Positions 55,806-64,000 of a stretch of DNA of 64,000 bases are shown here, one piece after another (positions within the stretch are counted from its first letter, which is position 1; the number at the start of each line of letters is the position of its first letter). The notes under the pieces are model-generated. The model saw only the letters and a list, made by a program, of their open reading frames with translations. It was not told where the DNA came from and searched no databases. The stretch comes from Clostridiales bacterium. Its GTDB lineage: Bacteria; Bacillota; Clostridia; Lachnospirales; UBA12420. A program made the position numbers and the translations under genes. The stretch is taken from positions 4,003 to 68,002 of the forward strand of contig DMOI01000054.1 of assembly GCA_003452395.1 (NCBI GenBank), given 5' to 3'.

Positions 55806-56417
55806 CTATTCTGATATATCAGATATGTCTAATATACCTAATTTTCTACATTCCTCACTTACAAAATCTTTTTCTACTTGATTTCCTATTTCATATTTTA
55901 ATATTTTATTCTTAAATACAATAAATTTAGTGTTCTTATATTTAAAATCTACATACCAATTCCCACCCAGTTTTTCATTTGCAATCATGAGCTTTGAAAA
56001 TTTATTTGGTAACTCTGGATCAGATGAGGTGAAATACAAAGCAGTCCAATACTTTGGGGAACTTTCTGTTTTCCATAATTCCACCTTGTTAATATTTAAA
56101 ATATCTAATATATTCTCATCCGATATACTTTCCTTGATAAGTAGCCCTTCAAAATAGCCATTTACATTATCGTTAATAACATTATGGCATGTATGATTAG
56201 TTATTCTACTGTCAATATCTAATTCATCTTTAAGTAATATGTCTATTGGAGTTTTAAATAAATTGCTTAGCATGACTATTTTCTCTGTTTCAGGGAATGT
56301 AATATCAGATTCCCACTTTGAAATAGCTTGTCTACTAACATTGCACTTTTCAGCAAGATATTCTTGTGAGTATCCATATTTTTTTCTTAATAATTGTATT
56401 TTTTCTGATAACTTCAT
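55806..56417 (-). CDS. XRE-family HTH transcriptional regulator with unknown C-terminal domain
   Basis: 203 aa. LRKKYGYSQEYLAEKCNVSRQAISKWE. Confidence 0.8.
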   Translation of the reverse strand: MKLSEKIQLLRKKYGYSQEYLAEKCNVSRQAISKWESDITFPETEKIVMLSNLFKTPIDILLKDELDIDSRITNHTCHNVINDNVNGYFEGLLIKESISDENILDILNINKVELWKTESSPKYWTALYFTSSDPELPNKFSKLMIANEKLGGNWYVDFKYKNTKFIVFKNKILKYEIGNQVEKDFVSEECRKLGILDISDISE

Positions 56418-56448
56418 CTAAAACAACTCCTATGTATCATTATAAATT

Positions 56449-56477
56449 ATATTACACATATATACTACCAACTTCAA
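56449..56477 (-). promoter_or_regulatory. Putative promoter of the XRE gene
   Basis: Minus strand TTGAAG, 17 nt, TAATAT. Confidence 0.45.
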
Positions 56478-56488
56478 AGTTCTTTTTA

Positions 56489-56503
56489 GCAACCAATGGT
56501 TGC
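56489..56503. promoter_or_regulatory. Perfect 7-1-7 palindrome GCAACCA-A-TGGTTGC just upstream of the XRE -35
   Basis: Seen directly. It lies 12 nt upstream of the putative -35. Confidence 0.5.
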
Positions 56504-56674
56504 ATATAAAACATTATAACATATAACAATAAAATTTTATATACTTCATTCAAAAAATCCTTACTATATACAAAAGAACACATAGGTTCTATCCCACATA
56601 CTCTATCCTACTCAAATCCTTTCACGCGACCTTATGGTCCGTGGTCAGACGCCCTACGCGTGCATATTAAATAT

Positions 56675-56763
56675 ATGCCAATCCCTTGTCTCCGTAAGCC
56701 AATGTAAGCCATTTTAGGTCCTTCAAAAAGCAAAGAAAAAGACTCCCAAAATCTCTGGAAGCC
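56675..56763 (-). repeat. 89-nt conserved non-coding element, copy A (terminator hairpin + TGGCTTAC direct repeat)
   Basis: Aligns with 63891-63979 at roughly 85% identity by eye. Minus strand: GGCTTCCA[gagatttt]TGGGAGTC-T-tract, then AAAATGGCTTACATTGGCTTACGGAGACAAGGGATTGGCAT. Confidence 0.85.
56726..56763 (-). terminator. Orphan intrinsic terminator inside element copy A
   Basis: 8-bp stem (GGCTTCCA/TGGGAGTC) followed by TCTTTTTCTTTGCTTTTT on the minus strand. Confidence 0.65.
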
Positions 56764-56876
56764 TTGCTGTTATTGTGTTTGATGTGGGTGTCCGTCATAC
56801 ACATCATCCCAAAAACGAGACTTATTTAGGTCTAGTTACCACGTACCTCTTGCAAGTTAGTATTTTACTAATGTAG

Positions 56877-56909
56877 TCCCCACAGTTGATAAACAACGGG
56901 GATTTTTTT
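56877..56909 (+). terminator. Orphan plus-strand intrinsic terminator
   Basis: TCCCC[acagttgataaacaac]GGGGA followed by T7. There is no plus-strand ORF upstream of it. Confidence 0.6.
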
Positions 56910-56980
56910 GTCTTAATTTTAATATCTCTCGGTGTTTTTGATATATTCTGGTTATTATACTACTGCTCAAGGGCTATATA

Positions 56981-57232
56981 TTAATTTACAGAAAGTTTTT
57001 TATAACCATATTTCTCAAGTTCTTTTTCCATCTCACCATAAGATTTTTCTAATAACGATCCATTTATGAATACTTCTTCATTGGTGACATCCATAAGACA
57101 AAAGTCTGGCATTATAAATGAATTCGCTTCTTCTTCTGATTTAAATTCGAAGTCCACAAAAACCAACCCTTCTCGATTGCCTGTTATAACGTCAATTTCT
57201 GCAATATAATTTTCATATGGATAAAGGAGCAT
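56981..57232 (-). CDS. CYTH-domain C-terminal fragment (possibly a truncated gene)
   Basis: 83 aa. ...GLVFVDFEFKSEEEANSFIMPDFCLMDVTNEE resembles the C-terminal half of CYTH/YjbK-like proteins. Confidence 0.4.
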   Translation of the reverse strand: MLLYPYENYIAEIDVITGNREGLVFVDFEFKSEEEANSFIMPDFCLMDVTNEEVFINGSLLEKSYGEMEKELEKYGYKKLSVN

Positions 57233-57285
57233 AACAATTTATTATGCCCTTACAATCCCTGATTCTTTTCCATATTTCTTACGTT

Positions 57286-58029
57286 CTACTTTTCCATAGC
57301 ACCTTGTCCTTGAATTTCAGATATTTTCACCATCAAGTCTCCAATATCTTGATTCTCTACCCCTAGTCGTTCATGATACTCAGTTACTTTACTTTCTTCT
57401 ATTTTTAATCTTCCACTTTCATCATCACTTTGCATATCGCTAATATTACCAGTTTGGAACTTAAATCCTGCACTTGAAATTGTGTTTAAATTATTAGGAA
57501 ACTTCTCCATTAATTCACAAGCTGTTTCTGCCACAGATGAAGTAGGGTTCAATTTAGTCCCTATATCGTGTACACTACACACATAACCAATCATTTCATC
57601 ATCTGTTAATTTCCCTATCATATCGTCATCAGTGCTTATATCGAATGTTAATTGAACTGTTTCCGCTTTAGCCCCACTATAATATACCCCTGCTAGTAAA
57701 TTACCATCCTTATCTCTCAAAAGCATTACTTCATAAGGTTTTCCACCCTCATTGGATACCTTAAAAAGAGTACCATAAGACTCATAAGTAATGTCAACCC
57801 GATTACGTTCTCCTCCTATTTCAATAACTCTCATTTCGCCTATAGCCTTAAATGTCCGAGGAATTAAGTAATTTCCAATTGTCTCAATATTCTCTTGCTC
57901 ATCTCTCATCTTTAGTCCTACAATAATTTTATTTTTTGCATTATTATATACTATTTTTTTACATATATCAACCCAGTTTTTGGCATTTGCATTTCTGTAT
58001 AAATTGAAAGGTAAAAAGACTTTCCCCAA
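57286..58029 (-). CDS. Hypothetical protein; 5' end uncertain (TTG in the track, and an out-of-frame ATG just upstream suggests a possible frameshift)
   Basis: 247-aa ORF. The upstream ATG GGA AAG ATA CTG GCT... lies in another frame. Confidence 0.4.
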   Translation of the reverse strand: MGKVFLPFNLYRNANAKNWVDICKKIVYNNAKNKIIVGLKMRDEQENIETIGNYLIPRTFKAIGEMRVIEIGGERNRVDITYESYGTLFKVSNEGGKPYEVMLLRDKDGNLLAGVYYSGAKAETVQLTFDISTDDDMIGKLTDDEMIGYVCSVHDIGTKLNPTSSVAETACELMEKFPNNLNTISSAGFKFQTGNISDMQSDDESGRLKIEESKVTEYHERLGVENQDIGDLMVKISEIQGQGAMEK

Positions 58030-58114
58030 AATAAAGCCAGTATCTTTCCCATGATTTAAATTCTTTCCACATCATCTGCCATACCGCTTCGTCTTTTGTT
58101 ATTAAAAATTGGCT

Positions 58115-59305
58115 TCAAAACGACTCGCCATCGTATATCTCTCTTATTAATTTTTTAGGTAATTGCTTCAGCTCACTGTTTCGCACAATACAATGAGGTC
58201 CATTTGTCATAACAATTATAATCATTTTCCTATCAAAGTCAATCATAAAAGTCGGTCCTGTAAATCCGCTAAATATAATAGAATTATCACTTACTCTCTC
58301 TGATAACTCACTCTTTTCTTTAATTGGTTGTTTATATCTTGTGCCAAAATTATTATAACAAAATGGTATCTTGCTTAGTAAATCCTTTTTATCGTTGCAT
58401 CTTTGTGTGATATACTCATACATTTCGTTTATACCATATAAAACTGATGGCATCTCTATGGAATTTTCAGTAGCATATGTATTTAAAATATTTTTTATAA
58501 AGTCTGAGTAGTCCTCACGTGTCAACATGGTTTCTATACTTTTTTTACTTAATAATGTGTATTTGTCATCAATAAAACATACTAATAATTTTAGCATATC
58601 AGCCGCAGTACTAAATACCCCCGCATGCCCCACATTCATTCCTAGTTCGCTTGCCCTGCGTGCCTTGTTATCATGAATAATTCCAGAATGTATGCTGTCA
58701 ATTAATTCTCCATTTACTATTTCATAATTAGTTGATGCTACCCTAGACAAGTCTTTAGGCTTAAAAGATGTATCATCCATGCCTACCTTTTTTATAATAA
58801 TATCATCTACAATTTGATGAAACGGACAAGAGTATATTTTTTCAAGCAACAATGATAACACTATGTAATGAGCATCTACATATATTTTATTTCTGCTTTT
58901 AATTTGTATATTGTACATCATTGAAAGGAATTCTTCTCTTGTATTTGCACTCCCCAAGTATCCATTTGTCCATAATTCTACTTGATGTGCTAATAGGTCT
59001 TTTATTCTCACATCATCCAAATTTACAAATCTATTATCTATGTATTTTACTTTATCATCTAAGTTAATAAGCCCTTCTTCTATAGATTTGTAAATTATAA
59101 TAGCTGTAAATGATTTAGTTAATGAGGCAATATCAAAAATTGTGTTTTCTAACATCTTTACTTCAGTAGGTCTTATCAGCTGATTTCCTTCTATTTTAGT
59201 TTCCACCTGCAGCTCATTTTTAGAAAGAGTTGCCTTCTTTATTACATATCCTGTACCGTATACACCTATGTATTTTGAAAAATCTATATCCATCTCTGTT
59301 TTCAC
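58115..59305 (-). CDS. Serine hydrolase, beta-lactamase/PBP4*-type (class C-like)
   Basis: 396 aa. DIASLTKSF (S-x-x-K). Confidence 0.8.
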   Translation of the reverse strand: MKTEMDIDFSKYIGVYGTGYVIKKATLSKNELQVETKIEGNQLIRPTEVKMLENTIFDIASLTKSFTAIIIYKSIEEGLINLDDKVKYIDNRFVNLDDVRIKDLLAHQVELWTNGYLGSANTREEFLSMMYNIQIKSRNKIYVDAHYIVLSLLLEKIYSCPFHQIVDDIIIKKVGMDDTSFKPKDLSRVASTNYEIVNGELIDSIHSGIIHDNKARRASELGMNVGHAGVFSTAADMLKLLVCFIDDKYTLLSKKSIETMLTREDYSDFIKNILNTYATENSIEMPSVLYGINEMYEYITQRCNDKKDLLSKIPFCYNNFGTRYKQPIKEKSELSERVSDNSIIFSGFTGPTFMIDFDRKMIIIVMTNGPHCIVRNSELKQLPKKLIREIYDGESF

Positions 59306-59553
59306 AACCTTTTTTCATTGTTTTTATTACTTATAGCTATCTTATATAATGTCTTGTAAAAAGATTAAAATGAGTGTTACATTTCCTCTGTAGTTCTTGC
59401 ATAGAAATAATACCCCTTTCAAAATTAGTTTTAACTAACTCATTATTTATTTTTCACTTTCAGCACTCGTTATAGTATACTCATCCCAATCGGTGTCCCA
59501 ATCTATCACGTAACCTTTATTTATATAATATACAGTATTGTTAATTTCGTTTT

Positions 59554-59937
59554 CTACTCTTTTTTAAATTCATCTGTCATATCCCAGTTTTCTGACTTTT
59601 TCCCCAATTGCTCGATATCAGGATATGATGAACAAATGCTATAACTAACTGTTTCTGGCATATAAGTCTTAAGAGCCAATATTGACCTCCTCATGTGTCC
59701 CCATGTTATAACAACAAGCAAATGATTAAAATTCTCATTTCCTAACTCATGTTCAAGAATAATTTTACTAAATATAGCATTCTCTTTCGTATTAGTTGAT
59801 TTGTCTTCCATTATAATATCTTCTTCAGGAACTCCTAAAGCTACCGCATGATCTTTAAAATATTGTGCCTCTGTTATAGAACTTGAGCCTGTTTTATCTC
59901 CGCCCGAGAACAGTATTTTAAGTGCCCTCCCAGCTTC
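59554..59937 (-). pseudogene. DUF218 (YdcF/SanA-like) gene, 3' part, interrupted by the IS
   Basis: ...EAGRALKILFSGGDKTGSSSITEAQYFKDHAVALGVPEEDIIMEDKSTNTKENAIFS... Confidence 0.75.
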
Positions 59938-61660
59938 ATGCGAACTAGGGACGGTTCGAGGCCACTGAAAAAGTGGTCTGTTTTTAATCCTTAACTATCC
60001 TCTTTTAGTTTGCACATATTTTTTGTAAATTTTTCTATGAATCAAACCGATTCTATAAAAATTCGTCTGTATATTAGATCATTAATTTGATTATTCTTTT
60101 CATATTTACTGCAAATATTGTTAATGCTCCTTGCATTTCCATACCAACAAGGCCTGATGACGATGCTATATCGTAACCATGTCTTGTTTTTAACTCTCCA
60201 TTTTTTGTTTCTATTTTATAACGTTCCTTGGATTTATCTTTAAAGTACTCTGTTTCTTGAAAATCTATGTGTTCATTATGTTCCGGAGTACGTATTGTTA
60301 CAGTATATACTTTAGTTTTGCTTCCTTCTTTATAACATCCTTCTTTAAAAGGACATTGTTTACATCGTGAGATATCAAAAAAATAACTTTCTTTTGTAAA
60401 CTGTTTATTTGTCCTTTTATCAATTGATGTAGTTCTACTTTTGTGTATACTCATTTCACCATGTTTGCATGTGTACATTTCTGCATCCTTATTATACTCA
60501 AATTCATTTTTCCTTTTTTTCCCGTGCATAATTGCTTTACTTACCTTTGATACTAGTTGTATATTATTTTCTTTTGCATACTCTATATTATCTATTTCCG
60601 AATAAGCTCCGTCTCCTATTATTGTATCTATTGTCATTCCTGCGTTTTTACTTTTACATACTAATTCTTGTAGTTGTTTTCCGTCGTGTTTTTCACCTGT
60701 TGTTACAGTTGTTCCTGTTATTATTCTTTCTTCTGTCATAGCTATATGTGTTTTATATCCGAAAAATGATGTGTCTGCCGTTTTATGCCCTGTTTTTGCA
60801 TCTTCGTCTTTTGATATTTTAATTTGCTCGATATCATCTGTTACTAATTCTTTCAATAAGTTCAGTCTAGTCTTTACTGCCGGAATATCGCTCACACCGT
60901 TTTCTGTTTGTACTACCTTTATTACTTCTTCGCAGTACTTTATCTCATCTTCAAGCATTCCACTTTTGGGCTTGTTTGGAAATTTAGTCTTTATCAATTC
61001 ATCAATAGCGTAAACAGATTTTCTTAGATTCTTTGATGCTTCTACTAATATTTCTCTAGCTGATTTTCTATTGTATCTACTGTATGTATGTGTTGAATCC
61101 ACAATTATTGATTTACTCTTTATTATTTCTTTTTCAATTGCAAGTTGAACTGTTTTACCAATTAGTAAGTCAAGTAATTCTAAATCCTTTAGACGAAGTT
61201 TTCTAAACTTTGTTAATGAACTTGCATTTATTACGTCTGCTTCTGGTGCAATATCAAGAAAGTATTTAAATGACATATCATATCTTGAACGCTCAACTAC
61301 ATCAATGTCCGATAGCGAATGAATCACTTTTAGTAACAGATATTTAAACATTTGGATTGGATCAATTGCAGTTCGCCCGTTAACCATTGAATATTTATCT
61401 TTTAGCTCTTTATAAATAAAACTGAAGTCTATTAATTCTTTGATTTTTCTCAATATATTATCTTTTGGTACTACTATATCATAAATGTTTGTATATTCGC
61501 TTATATTCAAGCTTTGTTGTGCGTTCAACATATAATCACCCTTTGTTTTCTAGTATGTCTAATTATACCAGAAAAACTTAATTTATAATATAGTTTTTTG
61601 CATTTATTCATATTTTATGCTGACTTTTTCAGTGGCCTCGATACGTCCCTGATTCGCATT
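59938..61660 (-). mobile_element. IS1182-family insertion sequence (~1.72 kb) with ~35-bp imperfect terminal inverted repeats
   Basis: Left end atGCGAACTAGGGACGGTTCGAGGCCACTGAAAAAGT. Reverse complement of right end atGCGAATCAGGGACGTATCGAGGCCACTGAAAAAGT. Confidence 0.85.
60074..61531 (-). CDS. IS1182/IS5-like DDE transposase
   Basis: 485 aa. The N-terminus ...GRTAIDPIQMFKYLLLK... (DUF772-like) and C-terminus ERYKIETKNGELKTRHGYD are typical of this family. Confidence 0.8.
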   Translation of the reverse strand: MLNAQQSLNISEYTNIYDIVVPKDNILRKIKELIDFSFIYKELKDKYSMVNGRTAIDPIQMFKYLLLKVIHSLSDIDVVERSRYDMSFKYFLDIAPEADVINASSLTKFRKLRLKDLELLDLLIGKTVQLAIEKEIIKSKSIIVDSTHTYSRYNRKSAREILVEASKNLRKSVYAIDELIKTKFPNKPKSGMLEDEIKYCEEVIKVVQTENGVSDIPAVKTRLNLLKELVTDDIEQIKISKDEDAKTGHKTADTSFFGYKTHIAMTEERIITGTTVTTGEKHDGKQLQELVCKSKNAGMTIDTIIGDGAYSEIDNIEYAKENNIQLVSKVSKAIMHGKKRKNEFEYNKDAEMYTCKHGEMSIHKSRTTSIDKRTNKQFTKESYFFDISRCKQCPFKEGCYKEGSKTKVYTVTIRTPEHNEHIDFQETEYFKDKSKERYKIETKNGELKTRHGYDIASSSGLVGMEMQGALTIFAVNMKRIIKLMI

Positions 61661-61696
61661 TCTTGTAATATTTTCCTAAATAGTGTGTGGCTCATT
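61661..61696 (-). pseudogene. DUF218 gene, first 12 codons (MSHTLFRKILQE)
   Basis: Joining 61661 to 59937 restores one ORF: MSHTLFRKILQE|EAGRALKILFSGG. Confidence 0.65.
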
Positions 61697-61826
61697 TGGC
61701 TGTCTCTGGTCAATATCACTCTTGCGTTCTTACATATTAAAGGTGCTTAAAGTTATATATTTATACATTCTTATGAGAACAAAAAAGAAGCTTCCTCTAA
61801 AGAAGCTCTTACATTGTTTTAATATA

Positions 61827-62426
61827 TCATTTTAAAAACACCTTTTCACATTCATACTTCTTTAACTTATCACGTATACTATTCCAATCACAAACATTCA
61901 AATCGTCCTTGCCAACTCTTATAAAATCTACTAAATTAATAAATTCTTTAATTATGTATTCTGCAAATTCTAAGTTCCTTATAGGTTCAAGTGACATCCA
62001 AGTATTTACTCCTTTATTTTTTGCGACTCTATACATTTGCTTTATATCAATAATTTCAGAGTTTTGTTCACAAGCTTCACTTATAGAGACTCCAACCCAA
62101 TCATTTGTAGAAAAGATGTTTAAGTCTTGCATCAAACATTCAGCTCTCCTTGTTAAAAATACTATTGTATTATTTCTTTTATGGAGTTCACCAATCACTT
62201 TCACAACCCTTTTTTCATCCTCAAAACCTAATGGATATGGGTCAACACTATAACAAATTAATATCTTTTTGCTATTATATATTCCATAATCAATTTCATT
62301 CTCTTTAATTATTCTTTCACATCTAACTCTTTCAAACTTGCAATGTTTACATCCTATATTACAAGCATTATACAAGTCTATATAAGCATCACATACTACT
62401 GGAATATTATACTTCTTTTCAAACAT
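61827..62426 (-). CDS. Small radical-SAM-like protein
   Basis: 199 aa. CNIGCKHC (C-x3-C-x2-C) near the N-terminus. Confidence 0.55.
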   Translation of the reverse strand: MFEKKYNIPVVCDAYIDLYNACNIGCKHCKFERVRCERIIKENEIDYGIYNSKKILICYSVDPYPLGFEDEKRVVKVIGELHKRNNTIVFLTRRAECLMQDLNIFSTNDWVGVSISEACEQNSEIIDIKQMYRVAKNKGVNTWMSLEPIRNLEFAEYIIKEFINLVDFIRVGKDDLNVCDWNSIRDKLKKYECEKVFLK

Positions 62427-62455
62427 ATGTATCCACCTACTTATTATTTTATTAC

Positions 62456-62891
62456 CTACTCTAAATCTTTATGCATTTCTGCTTGAATCAATAGGTTTTC
62501 AACAATCGGTATTACTTGCTTCAAATCATTTCCAATGACAGTGTCTGCATATTGAGCTATATCCCCCTTTGGATTGATAGCTATACTATAACCAGCTAAT
62601 TCAAATATACCTTTGTCCGCAGGTGAATCTCCAATTGCAACTATTTCACTTTTCTTCAGTCCTAACTCCTCAATAACTTTCCTACAAGCCTTTACCTTAA
62701 AATCACTACTTCCAAAATCCTCTATTTCAATCCCAAGAATTGTTTTATCTTCCATTCTTGGATTCGTACCAAAAACACTGTCAATTTTTAATAATTCTTG
62801 ATAATACATAAGAACTGGTGTTATATTTCCAGAATGAAGAACTGTATATATCCCTTTACTTTTTAAATACATAAACAGCTCCTGTGCACCA
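62456..62891 (-). pseudogene. HAD-superfamily hydrolase (SerB-like), C-terminal part, split by IS200-type element
   Basis: ...GAQELFMYLKSKG...VIEELGLKKSEIVAIGDSPADKGIFELAGYSIAINPK (HAD motifs III/IV). Confidence 0.75.
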
Positions 62892-63518
62892 GAAACTCAA
62901 CCACCGACCGCCTGGAGGCGGTGGGTTCAAGTTGCGGCTGAAGCCGCCTAAAGTTTTCATTTAACTCAAATTTGATCATCTAATCTAAAATTATCTGCCT
63001 TTTGATTTTCTTCAATATCTTGATTTTTTATATATTCTATAATCACTTCATCTGTCACATTTCCACTACTTGCTGCAAAATATCCTCTTGCCCACAAGTG
63101 TTGTCCCCAATATTGCTTGTCCAATTCCTTGTATTCCATTAGCAATTTTCTTGATGTTGTTCCTTTTATATGTTGGACTAGCTTGCTTACAGATATATGT
63201 GGTGGTGCTGATAACAGAAGATGTACATGGTCTTTTGACATATGACCAGCTAATATTTCCACATCATTATTTTTACATACTAACCTTATGATTTCTCTTG
63301 CTCTTTCTGCTATTTTTCCAGTCAGAACTATCTTTCTATACTTCGTTATCCATACAATATGATATTTTATATCATATATTGCATGGGACGTCTTTCGATA
63401 ATTTTCCATTGCTCGTCACCCCGAGTTTAGTTTTCCACAAACTCGACGTAATTATTTTACTTTAGGCGGTTAACCTAAAGGTTTCGCCTGAAGGCGAGGG
63501 ATTTAACCCCATCATACG
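62892..63518 (-). mobile_element. IS200-group element (tnpA only; boundaries +/- a few nt) with GC-rich subterminal hairpins
   Basis: Hairpins CCACCGACCGCCTGGAGGCGGTGGGT and GCGGCTGAAGCCGC at one end, TTTAGGCGGTTAACCTAAA and TCGCCTGAAGGCGA at the other. GC-rich against an AT-rich background. Confidence 0.8.
62966..63409 (-). CDS. tnpA: IS200/IS605-family Y1 (HUH) transposase TnpA
   Basis: 147 aa. YDIKYHIVWITKYR..., HMSKDHVHLLLS (HUH) and SSGNVTDEVIIEYI. Confidence 0.92.
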   Translation of the reverse strand: MENYRKTSHAIYDIKYHIVWITKYRKIVLTGKIAERAREIIRLVCKNNDVEILAGHMSKDHVHLLLSAPPHISVSKLVQHIKGTTSRKLLMEYKELDKQYWGQHLWARGYFAASSGNVTDEVIIEYIKNQDIEENQKADNFRLDDQI

Positions 63519-63751
63519 GATATTAAATAATTATTTTCATTAAGCTTATCTTGAATATCTTCAAGTGTAACTCCATTTAAGAAGTCAATCCTCTCCTTTA
63601 GAGTAGATAATCCCTTTCTGATTCCTAAATGAAATTCTTCATTTAATTTTTTACTTTCTGAGCCACATCCATTAATATCACATATAACATCTAAAATATC
63701 TGTATTTACAAGTGTTCCATCGAAATCTATCAAAAACGCACGTATACTCAT
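63512..63751 (-). pseudogene. HAD-superfamily hydrolase, N-terminal part
   Basis: FLIDFDGTLV (DxDxT motif I). The ORF runs into the IS end and stops (..LISV*). Confidence 0.75.
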
Positions 63752-63890
63752 AAAGTACCTCCAAGGCTTAGTATGTTTTGTAAATTTTAATTCTTACTAG
63801 CATTATATACAATTTTTTTATATTTTTCAAGTGACTTCGTAAAATTAGAAGCTATTTTGTCATCCAATAGTAATTCCACTTTAATCCATA

Positions 63891-63979
63891 ATGCCAACCC
63901 CTTGTCCCCGTAAGCCAATGTAAGCCATTTTAGAGCATCCAAAGCAAAGAAAAAGACCTCCATAAAATCAATGGAAGCC
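63891..63979 (-). repeat. 89-nt conserved non-coding element, copy B
   Basis: Same architecture as copy A. The hairpin is GGCTTCCAT[tgatttt]ATGGAGGTC. Confidence 0.85.
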
Positions 63980-64000
63980 TATATGTATTGCGGATGACAG

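Noticed and set aside
56634-56712. A mini-ORF starting MAYIGLRRQGIGI (26 codons), with a 15-codon counterpart in copy B, considered as a real small protein.
   Set aside because: Both substitutions within the shared 13 codons are non-synonymous and the ORFs end differently right after the shared part. It more likely marks the remnant 5' end of a lost gene or non-coding conservation. It is reported within the finding, not as a CDS.
1-64000. A search by eye for rRNA, tRNA, tmRNA, RNase P, SRP RNA and CRISPR repeats.
   Set aside because: None was recognised. I saw no GGTTCGAATCC-type T-arm, no GAGGAAAGTCC (RNase P) and no short regularly spaced repeats. A tRNAscan/Rfam run would be needed for certainty.

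Overview
This is a visibly AT-rich chromosomal segment of Firmicutes/Clostridia type. After about 3.3 kb almost everything is transcribed on the minus strand. All functional calls come from reading the supplied translations and the DNA by eye. No database search, folding program or statistic was run. The window falls into four parts. (1) 1-19.4 kb is a surface- or spore-glycan locus with three nucleotide-sugar branches and very large multi-module glycosyltransferases. The branches are dTDP (rfbC-rfbB-aminotransferase-GNAT), CDP (rfbF-rfbG-reductase/epimerase) and UDP (ugd plus a UDP-GlcA-epimerase-like gene). The locus is interrupted by an acidic 135-aa protein and a 661-aa YVTN-type beta-propeller protein. 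(2) 19.5-25.3 kb is a compact 11-gene gas-vesicle cluster in the order gvpO/R-F-G-S-L-K-J-F, a gap, then gvpA-gvpN and a Cys/His-rich ORF. The major structural gene gvpA sits at the distal end behind a 92-nt hairpin. (3) 25.6-47.5 kb holds core genes: spoIIP, gpr, rpsT, hisS, asnS, dut, fmt, def, priA, rpoZ, gmk, remA, rqcH, ung, corA, truA, tcdA and rpsU. (4) 47.6-64 kb is an accessory, decaying region. It holds an orphan 694-aa protein behind a consensus promoter, and transposase fragments. It also has a radical-SAM gene preceded by a ~460-nt leader carrying two ~93%-identical 120-nt structured repeats, and DNA/nucleotide-sanitation genes mixed with gene fragments. Further on are a ~320-nt non-coding block with opposed terminators and an 89-nt element repeated at 63.9 kb. 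The region ends with an IS1182-family insertion in a DUF218 gene and an IS200-type insertion in a HAD hydrolase gene. No rRNA, tRNA or CRISPR array was recognised.
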